Assembly: GCA_038087875.1 (NCBI GenBank)
Contig: CM075990.1
Span: forward strand, 6,884,001 to 6,948,000
Reading direction: 5' to 3'
Source of the DNA: Malacoraja senta
Taxonomy: Eukaryota
DNA: 64,000 bases
Every line of letters starts with the position of its first letter. Within the stretch, counting starts at the first letter, position 1. A model generated the notes under the pieces. The model was not told where the DNA came from, did no database searches, and worked only from the letters and a program-made list of their open reading frames with translations. Below, in pieces: positions 1 through 13,695 of this stretch. Position numbers and translations under genes: made by a program.

Positions 1-62
1 CACAGTGGGGGCTGTGCCATCCTCAATCCAGTCCCTCACAGCTTCTCAGCCTTTAGTTTAGA

Positions 63-262
63 NNNNNNNNNNNNNNNNNNNNNNNNNNNNNNNNNNNNNN
101 NNNNNNNNNNNNNNNNNNNNNNNNNNNNNNNNNNNNNNNNNNNNNNNNNNNNNNNNNNNNNNNNNNNNNNNNNNNNNNNNNNNNNNNNNNNNNNNNNNNN
201 NNNNNNNNNNNNNNNNNNNNNNNNNNNNNNNNNNNNNNNNNNNNNNNNNNNNNNNNNNNNNN
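63..262. other. Assembly gap (200 N)
   Basis: Run of N in the sequence. Confidence 0.99.
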
Positions 263-411
263 AGGCTCAGGTCCCTGTGTGCAGTGGGGGAGAGCATTTT
301 GTCTATTAGCTTTGTCGTTGGAGAAGTGGGAATCGAACCCTGGTCTTTAACACGGTGGGGGGCATATACCCCCCCCCCCCACCTCATTAGTCTACAGTAC
401 GACGCATTTAC

Positions 412-510
412 CAAGATTTGGGGGTCGATTTCAGGCAGGTATCCTGGTGCCGTTCTGCACATCCTCATGGTGACTTCAGGGGGAGCTCCCCGTAGGAGAT
501 GAAGCACCTC
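412..510 (-). CDS. FRMPD2: Exon, PDZ3 C-terminal part ([33 protein letters not shown])
   Basis: tttcaacag acceptor, gtaaat donor, 99 nt, phase 0/0. Confidence 0.9.
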
Positions 511-1805
511 CTGTTGAAAGGGAGATAAGAGTTGAGCAGGAATCTCGATCCGATACCATCTACTTACAAGCGCTCGGAGCGGTAGCTGTGAGCGCCGTGG
601 TAAAGGTGCACAATCATTCACGGAGTAGAACTACAATCCCTTCAATTAATCACACTGATTCTTTCAGCGGCACGTCGGAGAACTGCTGTAGAAGACAGAA
701 CGTAGTGGAGCAGGGCACCATTAAAGTGTTGACAAAGACATAACGCTGGAGTCAAAACAGGACAAGTAAGTTAAAAGTGAAATGCAGTATCATTAATCTT
801 AGCTTAGCTAGTCAGTGACCTCGGCAAGAAGGTTAAACCCTTTCACTAAAGAAAGGGGGTTGAATAGATTAGATGACAACTCTCCCCCGCAGAAAATTAA
901 TGTTTTAATGGCCGATTGGATAGATATTCCAATATCAATACCGTTGCCATTAATAGGCTCATATGTCTCAACTCACTGCCTTATCCTCCTGCGGTTAAAG
1001 GTCAGTGGGAATTAGTTACATGCTTCAAATACAAAGTGCAAGACCAATGCCGGGCCGAATCATAAATAAAGCAATCGCCAATGGCTCAGGTAGTCCATGC
1101 AGAACTAAAGCATGATGCAGTGTTAGAATTAGCCTCCTACTGTTATTGAAGAATCTCTATCAGAAGGAAATATTAGCGTTTCAATCACACTCATGGTGGA
1201 GTAGCACTGCTGATAAAGCTGCTACCTCATTGTTAGAGATCCGGGTTCAAACCTGACTTCGGGGCATGTCTGTGCGGAGTTTGCATGTTCTCCCTGTGAC
1301 CGCGTGGGTTTCCTTCAGGTGCCCCGGCTTTCCTCCCACGTCCCAAAGACGTGCGGGTTTGGAGGCTAATTGGCCTCTGTAAATTACCCCTAGTGTGTAG
1401 GGAGTGGATGAGAAAGTGGGATAACATGCAACTTGTGTGAATGGGTGATGGATGGTCGGGGTGGGCTGAAGGGCCTGTTTCCACGCAGTTTTACTCAACT
1501 AACTAAAATTCTGATCAGAAGTCATCAACTTTAAATGTTAGCTTTGTTTCTCTCTCCACAGATGCTGCCTGACCTGCTGAGTATTATGAAGATTTTCTGA
1601 TTTTGTTTAATGGGGTTTCTTGAATTGTCTTCGCTCCTTCCTTGGAAAAAGGTTTATTAATTTCACAAGAGGTTAGACACAAAAAGCTGGAGTAACTCAG
1701 CGGGACAGGCAGCATCTCCGGAAAGAAGGAATGGATGACGTTTCGGGTCAAAACCGATCTTCAGACACAATTTCACAAGACACTGGTTGCTGTTCAGCCA
1801 CTCAC

Positions 1806-2014
1806 CTGATACGACAGCCCCTTCACTGCCGCTCCATTGACGGCCAGGATGACATCCCCAACCTCCATCTGACCCGTCTCTTCTGCGGGCTGCCCCGGGA
1901 ACAGTCTCTTTATCCTCACCAAGCCCCCTCTGGGATCATCTGCTGACGCACACTGTAGGAAACTGAATCCCAAACCTCCGGAATTTTTCTTCATCTTCAC
2001 CTCAAACGTGTTAT
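1806..2014 (-). CDS. FRMPD2: Exon, PDZ3 ([19 protein letters not shown]...KGLSYQ)
   Basis: taacag acceptor, gtgagt donor, 209 nt, phase 1/0, GLGF loop. Confidence 0.93.
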
Positions 2015-3009
2015 CTGTTAACAATATTGCTTAGTTTAGTTCTGTTTAGTTTATTATCACTTGTACCGAGGCACAGCGAAAATGCTTTTGTTGCGTGCTA
2101 TCCAGTCAGCAGAAAGACAATATACGTATGATTACAATCAAGCCATTTACAGTGTGGAGAATTGTAGGAGTTAATTTAGGACAGTACGTTTCTATGGCTA
2201 AATCTGACCTAACTTTGTCAGGGATGTGTTTGTATGTCTGGTTTAATTCAGTTTCTAGTCAGTGGATGTATCCGGGATGCTGAGGATTAGATTTGTGCAA
2301 GGTAAAGCCAGCAAAGTCCAATCAAGGATAGTTCGAGGGTTATCTGTGAGGTAGATAGTAGTTCACCACTGCTCTCTGGTTGCAGTAGGATGATTCAGTT
2401 GCCTGCTAACAGCTGGGAAGAAACAGTCCCTGAATCTGGAGGAGCATTAATAGGCATCATAATATCCAGCAGAACAAAGACCTCAACTTTGAACACTTCA
2501 AAATCTTCCTGTCTGTCAATATTGTGTCTTAAGCATGTGATTCCTCCTTCCCTCCAATACTTTCCTACACAGATATAATTATACACTGTGTCACTAAAAT
2601 ATAATCAGATCACCACCAGTTCTTTGGAGCCAACTGTGCAATATGAGATGAAGTGCTGATTTCCCCATTATGTGTCAATTTATTCACAATTTCAGGATGT
2701 CATGAATTCATGCATGTGATGCTGCCAGGACCGTGTATCCCTGAAATATATTCATTATTCTGTATGTCTCTGTATCTGTTTGCTGTTTATGAAGACATTC
2801 GTTCCTGCAGCAACCTCACCACTGCAACTCGAATTAATTTATATTAGTGTTAAATAGCGGGAATCAGCAACTTAAAGGTTTAAATAGAAACCAGTCCAGG
2901 ACAATGAACTGGACTTTTTCTGAGACAGGATTTTTTAAACAATATCCAAGTTACAGTCTCCTGAAGGGACAAGATACAGAATAGTTCTCTCATCCGATTC
3001 GACTTCAGA

Positions 3010-3300
3010 CTTTAGAGGTACAGCGGGGAAACAGGCCCTTCAGCCCACCGAGTCCGCGCCGACTAGCGACCACCCCCACCCCGTACACTAGCCCTATCCA
3101 ACACACACTCGGGATAGTTTACTATTGTTACCAAAGCCGATTGACATACAAAGCAGCTGGTCTTTGGAGTGTGTGGGGAAACCAGAGCACCCGGAGAAAA
3201 CTCACGCGGTCACAGGGAGAACGTACAAACTCCGTACAGACAGCACCCGTGGTCAGGATCGATCCCGGGTCTCTGGCGCTGTGAGGCAGCAAATCTACAC
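3010..3300 (-). mobile_element. tRNA-derived V-SINE (HE1-like)
   Basis: Reverse complement of the SINE consensus (B-box GGTTCGA-like, V-domain GGTTTCCTCCCACA-like). Confidence 0.8.
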
Positions 3301-6300
3301 AGTGATTCAGATCACTGTGTTTCTGAGACTGTGACACCAGATGGATGGGAGATCAAATAAGGGCAGGAAAGGAAGTGTCATTCTTACACATGCGGGAAAG
3401 CTAACATCCCAAACAGCGAGGTTACTGAGCAGGCAATCGAATGAACATCCCATCACCATAAGCTGATTGTGGAATTGCCTCAGCCAATTTCCAGTTGGAT
3501 GCTCTTCAGCTGAAAGTGATTGCTGTCACAATCTAACTGGGGGTGAACTCACTTTAGTTTAGATTAGTTTAGTTTAGTTTATAGATACAGCGTGGAAACA
3601 AGCCTCTGGGCCCAACGAGTCCGCACCAACCAGTGATCCCTGCACATTAACACTATCCCACACAAGCGACAATTTTTACATTTCTACCCAACCAATTAAC
3701 CTACAAACCTGCACGTCTTTGGAATGTGGGAGGAAACATATAAACATTGAAAACATGGGCAGGAGTAGGCCATTCGGCCCTTCGAGCCAGCACCGCCATT
3801 CAATATGATCAACGCTGATCATCCAAAACCTCGTTCCTACTTTCTCCCCATATCCCTTGGTTCTGTTTGCTCTAAGAGCTATATCTAACTCTCGCTTGAA
3901 GGACAGGCAGAGAGGTTTAGAAAGTGAATTTGTGGACATTAGTGGTTCGGAACATTGATAATTGGCTGCTCTTCTTCAAAACAGCGTCAATGGGTTTTTA
4001 CATCCATATTAGAGATCAGATGGAGCATTAGGTTAAAGTCTGATTAATAACAGTGCGGCCCTCCCATGGAATCACACAGGAATCTGGGCCTAGATTTCTG
4101 GGCTCTACAGGGTGGGTTTTAGTTCAGAGATACAGCACAGAAACAGGTCCTTCGGCCCACCAAGTCTGCACCGACCAACGATCCCCGCACACTAATACGA
4201 TCCTACACACACACGAGGGATAATTTAGCTTTGTACCAAGCCAAATAACCTACAATCCTGAGCGTTTTTAGAATGTGGGAGTAAACCGAAGATCCACGCG
4301 GTCACGGGGAGAACGTACAAACTCCGTACATACAAGCACCCGGGTCTCCTGCACTGTAAGGCAGTAGCTCTACCACTGCACCACCGTGCCGCACATTGTA
4401 TCTAGATGTGTATCCAGAATCTCATTGAATCTGAAGATGGGTGTGTTACCAAAATCCTCAGGCTGACATGTAACAGGAATCAATAGACATTTAATTTGAA
4501 GAATTCCGAATGCTTGAAATATTCGACAATAAACTGGGGGGGGGGGGAAAAAAGCGTAAAAAATAACGAAGGATCCCAGCTTTCCTTTGAAATGCATCTC
4601 AGAATACAATAACTTCCTCATTCCCTTTCAATATTCCCACAGTGCAAGCTTCAGAGGGTTCCTGTTTTAATTAGCGTGTGATTACGTGTGTCCACGGATT
4701 TGATGGTTGCTTGACGCAGAATCTCAGTTTCAGCAGTGTGCGATAGTGATGCTGAGCAACTAAAAGCAAAGTGCTGGAGGAAGTCAGCGGATCAGGCAGC
4801 ATCTGACGAGGGCAATGGACAGACGATGTTTGGATCTGGATGCCTTTTGCTTTGTTGTTTTATAAACACAGTGTGGAAACAGGCCCTACAGCCCACCAAG
4901 TCTGTGGCGACCATCCATCACCCATACACTAGTTCCAAGTCTGAAGGAGGGTCTCGACCCGAAACGTCACCCATCCCTTCACTCGAGAGATGCTGCCTAT
5001 CCCGTTGAGTTACTCCAGCTTTTTGTGTCTACCTGCTGGAGAAACCCAGCAGGTCAATGACGGCAGAGTTTTGATCCAGGCTTTGTGTCGATGCCCTTCA
5101 TTGGGGCTGGGTGTGGAGAGGGCAGGACTCAGCTGGTGGAAAAAGGTGAGAGGGAGGGGTGAGGCAGGGTCTGGCAGGCGATAGGTGAACCAGGGAGATA
5201 ATGGAAAGGTAGACATTTTGTGTCTATCTTTCATCCTACACACTAGGACCAATTGACCTACAAACCTGCACGTCTTTGGCATGTGGGAGGAACCCGGAGC
5301 ACCTGGAGAAATTCTACGCGGTCACAGAGAGAACGTACCGACTCCGTACGGACAGTACCCATAGTCAGGATCGAACCGGGGTCTCTGGCGCTGTAAGGCA
5401 CAGCTTTACTGCTTCGCCACCGTGCCGCCCTGTCTGCTTCAGACTGGGGGAATTTCCAAATAACCAATTAACTTCCCAATCAGTACATTGTGTAGGAGAA
5501 AACTGGAGCACCCAGGGAAAGCCCAAGTGGTCACAGGGAGAATGGGAAAACTCCAAACAGACAGCAGTGGAGGTCCAGATGAATCTCAAATCATTGAGGT
5601 TGTACATGTCCAACATCCCACCTGAGATGAACAAGAGTTTTCTCCCGAAGATAGACACAAAAAGCTGGAGTAACTCAGCGGGACAGGCAGCGTCTCTGGA
5701 GACCTTTCGGGTCGAGACCCTTCTTCAGACTAGTTTGGGATAAGGGAAACGAGAAATATGGGAGTTTTCTCCCCCGACATCTACAGAAGACTGAAGCCAT
5801 TGTTGTCCTGCATCCTCTGTTCTCTTCTGCTGTTAATTCCTGTCACTGTCGACTGTAGCTCCCTGTAACCACGAGGGTAATATTATCTGACACCAGGTGT
5901 TTGGTCCTGGAACCTTCATCTACACCTCTATGCTGCAGGTAGCCACCCCAGTTTCTTTTTGCTCTCCTCGAACTCGAACGTGAGGCTTCTCAAAACTCTT
6001 CATAACCCAGTTCAGGTTTCGACCCGAAACGTTGCCTATTTCCTTCGCTCCATAGATGCTGCCTCACCCGCTGAGTTTCTCTAGCATTTTTGTCTACCTT
6101 CGATTTTCCAGCATCTGCAGTTCCTTCTGAAACATGTTGCAGACCAGGCCCTTCAGCCCACAATGACCGTGCCGAACATGATGTCGAGACCATCACATCT
6201 ACCCACACATGACCCATATCCTTCCATTCCCTGCAAATCCATGTGCCCATCCAAAAGTCTCTTAAATGCCACTAACACATCTGCTTCAACCCCAGCAACG

Positions 6301-6667
6301 TGTCCCAGGCACTCACCACCCTCTGTGTAAAAAAAAAACTTGCCCTGCTATCCCCTTTAAACTAAGTCTCTCACTTTAAAGTATGCCCTCTAGTATTGGA
6401 TTGTTTTTCAAAAATACGTTTCCACTGCCTCAAATGAAATTAGATTTCTAAAATTGTAATTATTACTGTACGACACAAATACACCTGTGTCAAACGCAAC
6501 TTAAACACATCTATTAAGCTTAAAAGGATGGGTTTGAAAAAGAGGCGCCTCTTACTGCAACAATTATCCACACAGACTCTATGCTGTGGAGACAGATTAT
6601 AAATTGTCCTTAACAGCCAGGAAGGCCATGCCAGTACACTGGTGACTTGCTAAACATCAGCCCCTAC

Positions 6668-6845
6668 CATCTGTCACAAAGCTGTAGTCCTTGGACATGG
6701 TAGCAGAGGTGGTTGCCATGGAGTTGTCAGGATATTCATCCAGTTTCCAGTGTAAGCTGTCGGCGTGAATGGGCCCCAGTTGGTTTCCATTGCCAGGACC
6801 TCCAGCTGCCGTCTGATGTCCCCTCTCAAGAACGAGCCGCACCAC
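6668..6845 (-). CDS. FRMPD2: Exon, end of PDZ2 and linker (VVRLVLERG...KDYSFVTD)
   Basis: cttccag acceptor, gtaggg donor, 178 nt, phase 0/1. Confidence 0.9.
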
Positions 6846-8254
6846 CTGGAAGACAGGGAGCGGTGGAGGGACAACATTTGTAGGAAGGAACTGCAGATGC
6901 TGGTTTAAATCAAAGGTAGACACAAAATGCTGGAGTAACTCGGCGGGACAAGCAGCATCTCTGGAGAGAAGGAATGGGTGACGTTACGGGTCGTGACCCT
7001 TCTTCAGACTGACAGAGTGGTGATGGGAATTGTCCGCAAGCCAGCGGCGCAAGAAGGTAAATGTCGCCACATCAGCCCTCCTCACATCCCCTCGCTTCTC
7101 TGAGTAAAAACACAAAGTGCTGGAGCAACTCGGCGGCTCAGGCAGCATCTGCGGAGGGAATGGGTAGATGTGGCGTATCTGGTCAGGACCCTTCTTCAGA
7201 CTCTCGAAGTGTCACCTGTCCATTCCCTCCACAGATGCTGCCTGACACACTTGAGTTACTCCAGTGCTTTGAGTTTGACTCAATATTCCAGCATCTGCAG
7301 TTCCTTGTGTCATCCCTGCATGATATGTAGTTGAAAATCGACAATGGGAAACAGATACAAGTGTAGTGTGCAGGAAGGAACTGCAGATGCTGGTTTACAT
7401 GGAAGATGGACACTAAAGGCTGGGGTAACTCGGCGGGACAGGCAGCATCTCTGGAGAGAAGGAATGGGTGACGTTTCAGGTTGAGACCCTTCTGCAGACT
7501 GTACATGTGGTCCTTGTTTACAGTGAAACCTGAAATGATGTGTAGATTATGACAGGTGCTTGCTGCAAATTTCTGCAGTCTGCACATTATGTGGACAAAG
7601 GAATCGGCCTTTTCCCAGTTGACCCTTTCTCCGGTTGTAGAGATAACCCTGACAATATAAATTATTTTGTGATTTCATGGGGTCGTTCACAAATGTTCAT
7701 GTGGGATCATCGGCTGACACCCACCTAATACATCTCACTCCTGACATTTGAATAAGTTAGACAGCATCAGGATCGGGGCCAAATTCCTTCCATTTATCAT
7801 TAGGTCTTGAGGGAAATCCGATTCATGTAGGTTTTTGTTTCAGAAATAGTGGAATTAATATTAATGGAGTAACATTGGAATATTTTCTTTCTTTTTTTCT
7901 GTGATGGGGATATTTTCTGAAGTTGGTGCAGTTGGAAAGGGCACGGACTTCACGAGAGGAGAGTTTTGGACGCAGAAGGTTCCTCTTGGAGCCAGCTGCG
8001 CTTCACAAAGACCGCAGGCTTAATTGAAAGGTTATCTGGCAGATCGGACACCCACAGAGCTGGGGGGAGGCAGTCCACGAGCAAAACCGCTGCGTCACAA
8101 CGTGAAAGGTATCATCAGCCTTTCACACACAACGTGAAGCTTCCCTGATCAAATTGCCGATCAGCTGCTTTAAATTTCCCAGTGTGAAAGAACATTCGCT
8201 TAACCCAGACCATATCACACCGATCCAATATCACAGACATAGACCGACACATTA

Positions 8255-8637
8255 TCATTGAAACATATAAGATTGTTAAGGGCTTGGACACACTAGAGGC
8301 AGGAAACATGTTCCCGATGTTGGGGGAGTCCAGAACCAGGGGCCACACAGTTTAAGAATAAGGGGTAAGCCATTTAGAACGGAGACGAGGAAACACTTTT
8401 TCTCACAGAGTGGTGAGTGTGTGAAATTCTCTGCCTCAGAGGGCGGTGGAGGCAGGTTCTCTGGATGCTTTCAAGAGAGAGCTAGATAGGGCCCTTAAAG
8501 ATAGCGGAGTTAGGGGATGTGGGGAGAAGGCAGGAACAGGGTACTGATTGGGGATGATCAGCCATGATCACATTGAATGGCAGTGGTGGCTCGAAGGGCC
8601 GAATGGCCTACTGCTGCACCTATTGTCTATTGTCTAT
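8255..8637 (+). mobile_element. CR1 LINE 3' fragment
   Basis: ETYKIVKG...FPMLGESRTRGH end of ORF2, 3' UTR, and (TATTGTC) tail. Confidence 0.85.
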
Positions 8638-9339
8638 TACTGGCTTTAACAGTTCCCAGCACAATCACACTGTCTAGGACATATCAGCTTAACATTCTGC
8701 ACATTGCCAGCATCTACAGTGGCTCAGTCTTCACATTGACTCCACCAGTAGTTACTAACACAGTTATCAAAGCTGTGGGTTCAATTCATAAAATTGTAAC
8801 AACTCTTCCACTTTCAGCCTCAACTATTTTCCATAATTCTGCAGTCCATAAATGTGACATTATCACCCTTGTACAGTTTTAGCAAGAGTTGCATATATTT
8901 CTACTCCACTCCTTTGCAATAAAGACCAGCGAACATTTGTCCACTTGTATCAGTAAAACGTTTGCCTGTTGACTGAACTCAACCACATCCCTTTGAGAGA
9001 CAAAAAGGAACTGCAGGAATCTTGAACCCAAATCAAAGTGCTGGAGTAACTGAGTGGGTCAGACAGCATCTGCGGAGGAAATGGACAGGCAGTGTTTTGG
9101 GTTGGGAGAGTTCTTCTTCATAAGTTCATAAGTACTAGGAGTAGAATCAGGCCATTCGGCCCACCAAGTCTACTGTGCCATTCAATCATGGCGGATCGAT
9201 CATTACCTCTCAAACCCATTCTCCTGCCTTCTTCCCATAACCCCTGACATTCGGACTATCTAAGGTAGGTTCCAAACCCGAAATATTGCCTATCCATTTC
9301 CTCCACAGGTGCTGCCTGACCTGTTCATTTTGTATTTTA

Positions 9340-10050
9340 CATCCCCATGAAATAGATTGTTTCCACCTGATGTCCTGATGTCATGAACATAGTCTGAATA
9401 CGAGGGGCCCAGTGTTGATCCCATTCATTATATCTTTCTAACAATTCTGGTTAACTTATTTATCCCATCTCTGGTTTCCCCTCATTAGCCAGTCCTTTAT
9501 CCATGCTAATATATTGTGCATAATACCTTAAGCTCGTGCACATTATTGAATGAATTTGGAAATCCAAATACACTAATTCCGATTAATCCACTCTGCTTGA
9601 TACATCCTCAAAGAACACAAATAAATTTGTCAAACATGATATTCCTTCCATAAAACCGTGATTGACTATGATTGATCAGGTTATGATTTTCTCAGCCTGC
9701 TACGGTTACAACAGATTTCAGCATCTTTCCAATGATGGATGTGAGGCTATCTGGTCTATAGATTCCTTCTTTTGGTCTCCCTCCTTAATTGAAAAGTGGC
9801 ATTGCATTCCGAGTTTTCAAATCTCCCGGGACCTCTCCAGATTCTATGGAGTTTTGGCATATCACAATGAATGCATCCACCTACTCTGCAGCTAATTCAT
9901 TTTGAACCCATGAGATATTAAAGTGGGGTCCTTATTACTCCCAGAGTAAATGACCATCTGCGCTGTTTTAAATGGGGCTTCTTTCACTCTGCCAATATCT
10001 CAGTCCATGAGCATATGTCAAATGTTGCTGTTCAACGCTCCAATGAAAGA
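9340..10050 (-). mobile_element. Old degraded CR1 RT fragment
   Basis: Near 9600-9670 the reverse strand reads HGFMEGISCLTNLFVFFEDV, a CR1 RT motif; many disruptions. Confidence 0.6.
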
Positions 10051-10119
10051 TCTCACTTCCTATTGCTATATTACATTTACATTACAATGTACATTACAAT
10101 TGTCCATCACATATGAGAT

Positions 10120-10425
10120 TTAGTTTAGATTAGTTTAGTTTAGAGATGCAGCACGAAAACAGGCCCGTCGGCCCTCCGAGTCCGCGCCGACCAGTGATCC
10201 CGGCACACCAACACTATCCTACACACACTACAGTCATACCAACCCAATTAACCTACAGACCTGTACGTCTTTGGAGTGTGGGAGGAAACCGGAGATCCTG
10301 GAGAAAACCCACGCAGGTCACAGGGAGAACGTACAAACTCCGTACAGACAGCACCGTTAGTCTGGATCGAACCCGGGTCACTGGTGCGTTAAGGCAGCAA
10401 CATTACCACTGCGCCACTGTGCCTC
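10120..10425 (-). mobile_element. V-SINE (HE1-like)
   Basis: Near full-length reverse copy with (TAAAC)n tail. Confidence 0.85.
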
Positions 10426-11499
10426 CGATTTAGGGATGGAAGTCCAAGGTTTGAACCAAAAAGGTTAGCAATCAGAAGTGGGGTGAAGCAAATTAAGGAT
10501 ACATGGCACTCAGGATTAGTGGAGGAATGTCGGGATGGAGGGGATTACATGGAATGAGATAAAAGATCTGGTAAATTCCATCAAAAGATTAAAACAAACA
10601 CCTCATGCTGTCATAATAGCAGTAGGCAGCCAATATTGCAATCCTTTCTAATAGTTATCCAAATGTCTGGTGTCACATTTCCAGTTTATTCAATATATGA
10701 AAGATCCACCATTATCAACAATACTTAATCATGTGTTTGAATCACGATGATATACCAATGTATGCAAATTTATGCATGATAACTCACTTAGGGTTTATTT
10801 TAAACACGGAATTATATTATAAAAGTCATTAATATTTAGCAATTTGCCACAGTCATGTGAAATAAACATCAAATTTTACATATAGACTAAAAATCATGGG
10901 TCTATTTCCTTGTTTAGTAAGTAGCAAGAGCAAGGTTGAGATTTAAATACTGTAAAACGCTATTTGGTTGGATAATTTGGAAGTTCAAAGCTGCCTTATA
11001 TTCATAAGGAGCTCAGATTAGTATTCAGTAGTTAGGATATGCATATTTAATATGCAAATTTAATAGAATTAACCCATAATTTAATGGAAAACCATGGGAC
11101 AAAACATAAAATGATTTACAACAGGCTTTCGGTATCAGTCGGTGATGGATTTCATTTAATTTTGGATGGATATTTCTGCTCATGGAAATGGATCGAAACC
11201 CCTGGTGATTAAGTGAATGTTTCAGCCTGTCTGTGATGGATGTCAGTCAGACACCAGGGCACATGCCAAGGGCAATAAACAGCAAAGCTTTGCATGTGCA
11301 GTGAGGTTTCCTGTTATAAAGAGCGTTGGATAATTGCACTATTATTGTTAGTTTCTTATGTGTACGTATGTGTGCATGTGTGTGTATGTATATAAATATA
11401 TATATATTATATATATGAGGCTAAATATATATTATATATATATGAGGCTAAATATATATTATATATATTATATATATGAGGCTAAATGCAAATGAGGAA

Positions 11500-11835
11500 C
11501 AGTTACTCATATTTTGCTTGGGCAGCTTACAGCCCAGTGGTAAGAATTAACTTGAAGTAACCCCGGCATTCCCTCTCTCTCCAGCCCTACCCCACCCGTC
11601 ACACCAGCTTCTCGTTCTAACCCAGCAAACAGCTAACAACGGCCAGTTTCCTTTATCGTCGTTATTTTTTTTGCATATCTTTCATTCATTGTTCTTTATC
11701 TCTCCACATCACCGTCTATATCTCTCGTTTCCCTTTCCTCTGACTAGTCTGAAGGTCCCAGCCCGAAACGTCACCCATTTCTTCTCTTCAGAGATGCTGC
11801 CTGTCCCGCAGAGTTACTCCAGCATTTTGTGTCTA
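11500..11835 (+). mobile_element. Penelope-like element 3' end with degenerate hammerhead unit
   Basis: LIFCLGSLQPSG end of ORF, pyrimidine-rich UTR, then CTGAAG...CCCGAAACGTC. Confidence 0.7.
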
Positions 11836-12389
11836 TATCGTTTATCTCAATCCATATATTGTGTATATATATATATTTACAGGCTCTCTTGACACGTCTG
11901 GCCACAACGGTGGGCAGTGCTGAACTGCCGCGCGAAAACAAAACCGCGCGAAAACAAGCAGCCCCTCCCGAGTCACGTGACCGCGGCTTCCGAATGCCGG
12001 GTTCGATACCTGCGTGCGCCAGCAGGAGCCGCTACAATATTATATATATATATATATAGACACAATATATGGATTGAGATAAACGATCTGGTAAATTCCA
12101 GATTTGGTATATATAACTATATAGACACAAAAAGCTGGAGTAACTCAGCGGGACAGGCAGCATCTCTGGAGAAAAGGAATGGGAGACGTTTTAGGTCAAG
12201 ACCGAAATATACGTATATGCGAGTATGTGTACTGAACTATTTTTAAATTTATTATATTGTTTACAGTGTACTATGATTACATATTTCGTTGTGCTGCTGC
12301 AAGAATTTCATTGTTCTATCTGGGACATATGACAATAAAATGCTCTTGACTCTTGATGAGGTTTAAACAGGCCTTGTAAACACAACACC

Positions 12390-13373
12390 CCAGCTTTTTA
12401 CAATTTATATTAATGATCTGGATGAGGGAATTGAATGCAACATCTCCAAGTTTGCGGATGACACTAAGCTGGGGGGCAGTGTTAGCTGTGAGGAGGATGC
12501 TAGGAGACTGCAAGGTGACTTGGATAGGCTGGGTGAGTGGGCAAATGTTTGGCAGATGCAGTATAATGTGGATAAATGTGAGGTTATCCACTTTGGTGGC
12601 AAAAACAGGAAAGCAGACTATTATCTAAATGGTAGCCGATTAGGAAAAGGGGAGATGCAGCGAGACCTGGGTGTCATGGTACACCAGTCATTGAAAGTAG
12701 GCATGCAGGTGCAGCGGGCAGTGAAGAAAGCGAATGGTATATTAGCTTTCATAGCAAAAGGATTTGAGTATAGGAGCAGGGAGGTTCTACTGCAGTTGTA
12801 CAGGGTCTTGGTGAGACCACACCTGGAGTATTGCGTACAGTTTTGGTCTCCAAATCTCAGGAAGGACATTATAGCCATAGAGGGAGTGCAGAGAAGGTTC
12901 ACCAGACTGATTCCTGGGATGTCAGGACTTTCATATGAAGAAAGACTGGATAGACTTGGCTTATACTCGCTAGAATTTAGGAGATTGAGAGGGGATCTTA
13001 TAGAAACGTACAAAATTCTTATGGGGTTGGACAGGCTAGATGCAGGAAGATTGTTCCCAATGTTGGGGAAGTCCAGGACAAGGGGTCACAGCTTAAGGAT
13101 AAGGGGGAAATCCTTTAAGACCGAGATGAGAAAAAACTTTTTCACACAGAGAGTGGTGAATCTCTGGAACTCTCTGCCACAGAGGGTAATGAGGCCAGTT
13201 CATTGGCTATATTTAAGAGGGGGTTAGATGTGGCCCTTGTGGCTAAAGGGATTGGGGGTATGGAGAGAAGGCAGGTACGGGATACTGAGTTGGATGATCA
13301 GCCATGATCATATTGAATGGCGGTGCAGGCTCGAAGGGCCGAATGGTCTACTCCTGCACCTATTTTCTATGTA
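12390..13373 (+). mobile_element. CR1 LINE, 5'-truncated (RT C-terminus and 3' UTR)
   Basis: [32 protein letters not shown] and FFTQRVVNLWNSLP motifs. Confidence 0.95.
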
Positions 13374-13695
13374 TCTAACACAAGTAATGCAGCAGTCCAG
13401 CAGCATCTCTGGAGAACATGCATTGTTGATGTTTCAAGTCGGGACCCTTCTTCGAACTGAAGAAGGGTCCCAACCTGAAACATCACCCATCCATGTTCTC
13501 CAGAGATCCTGCCTGACCTGCTGAGTTACTCCAGTGCTTTGTGTCCTTGAAACTTATGGAGTTGTGATTACAGATCTGGCCTTTCTCTCAAGATAGCTAG
13601 ATCTCTGGACTGATATCATCTTCTTATGAGAAACACAATGACCTGCAATTTCCAATATGCCACCTGTTGTAATGGCCTGACAAGGCAGGACTTAC

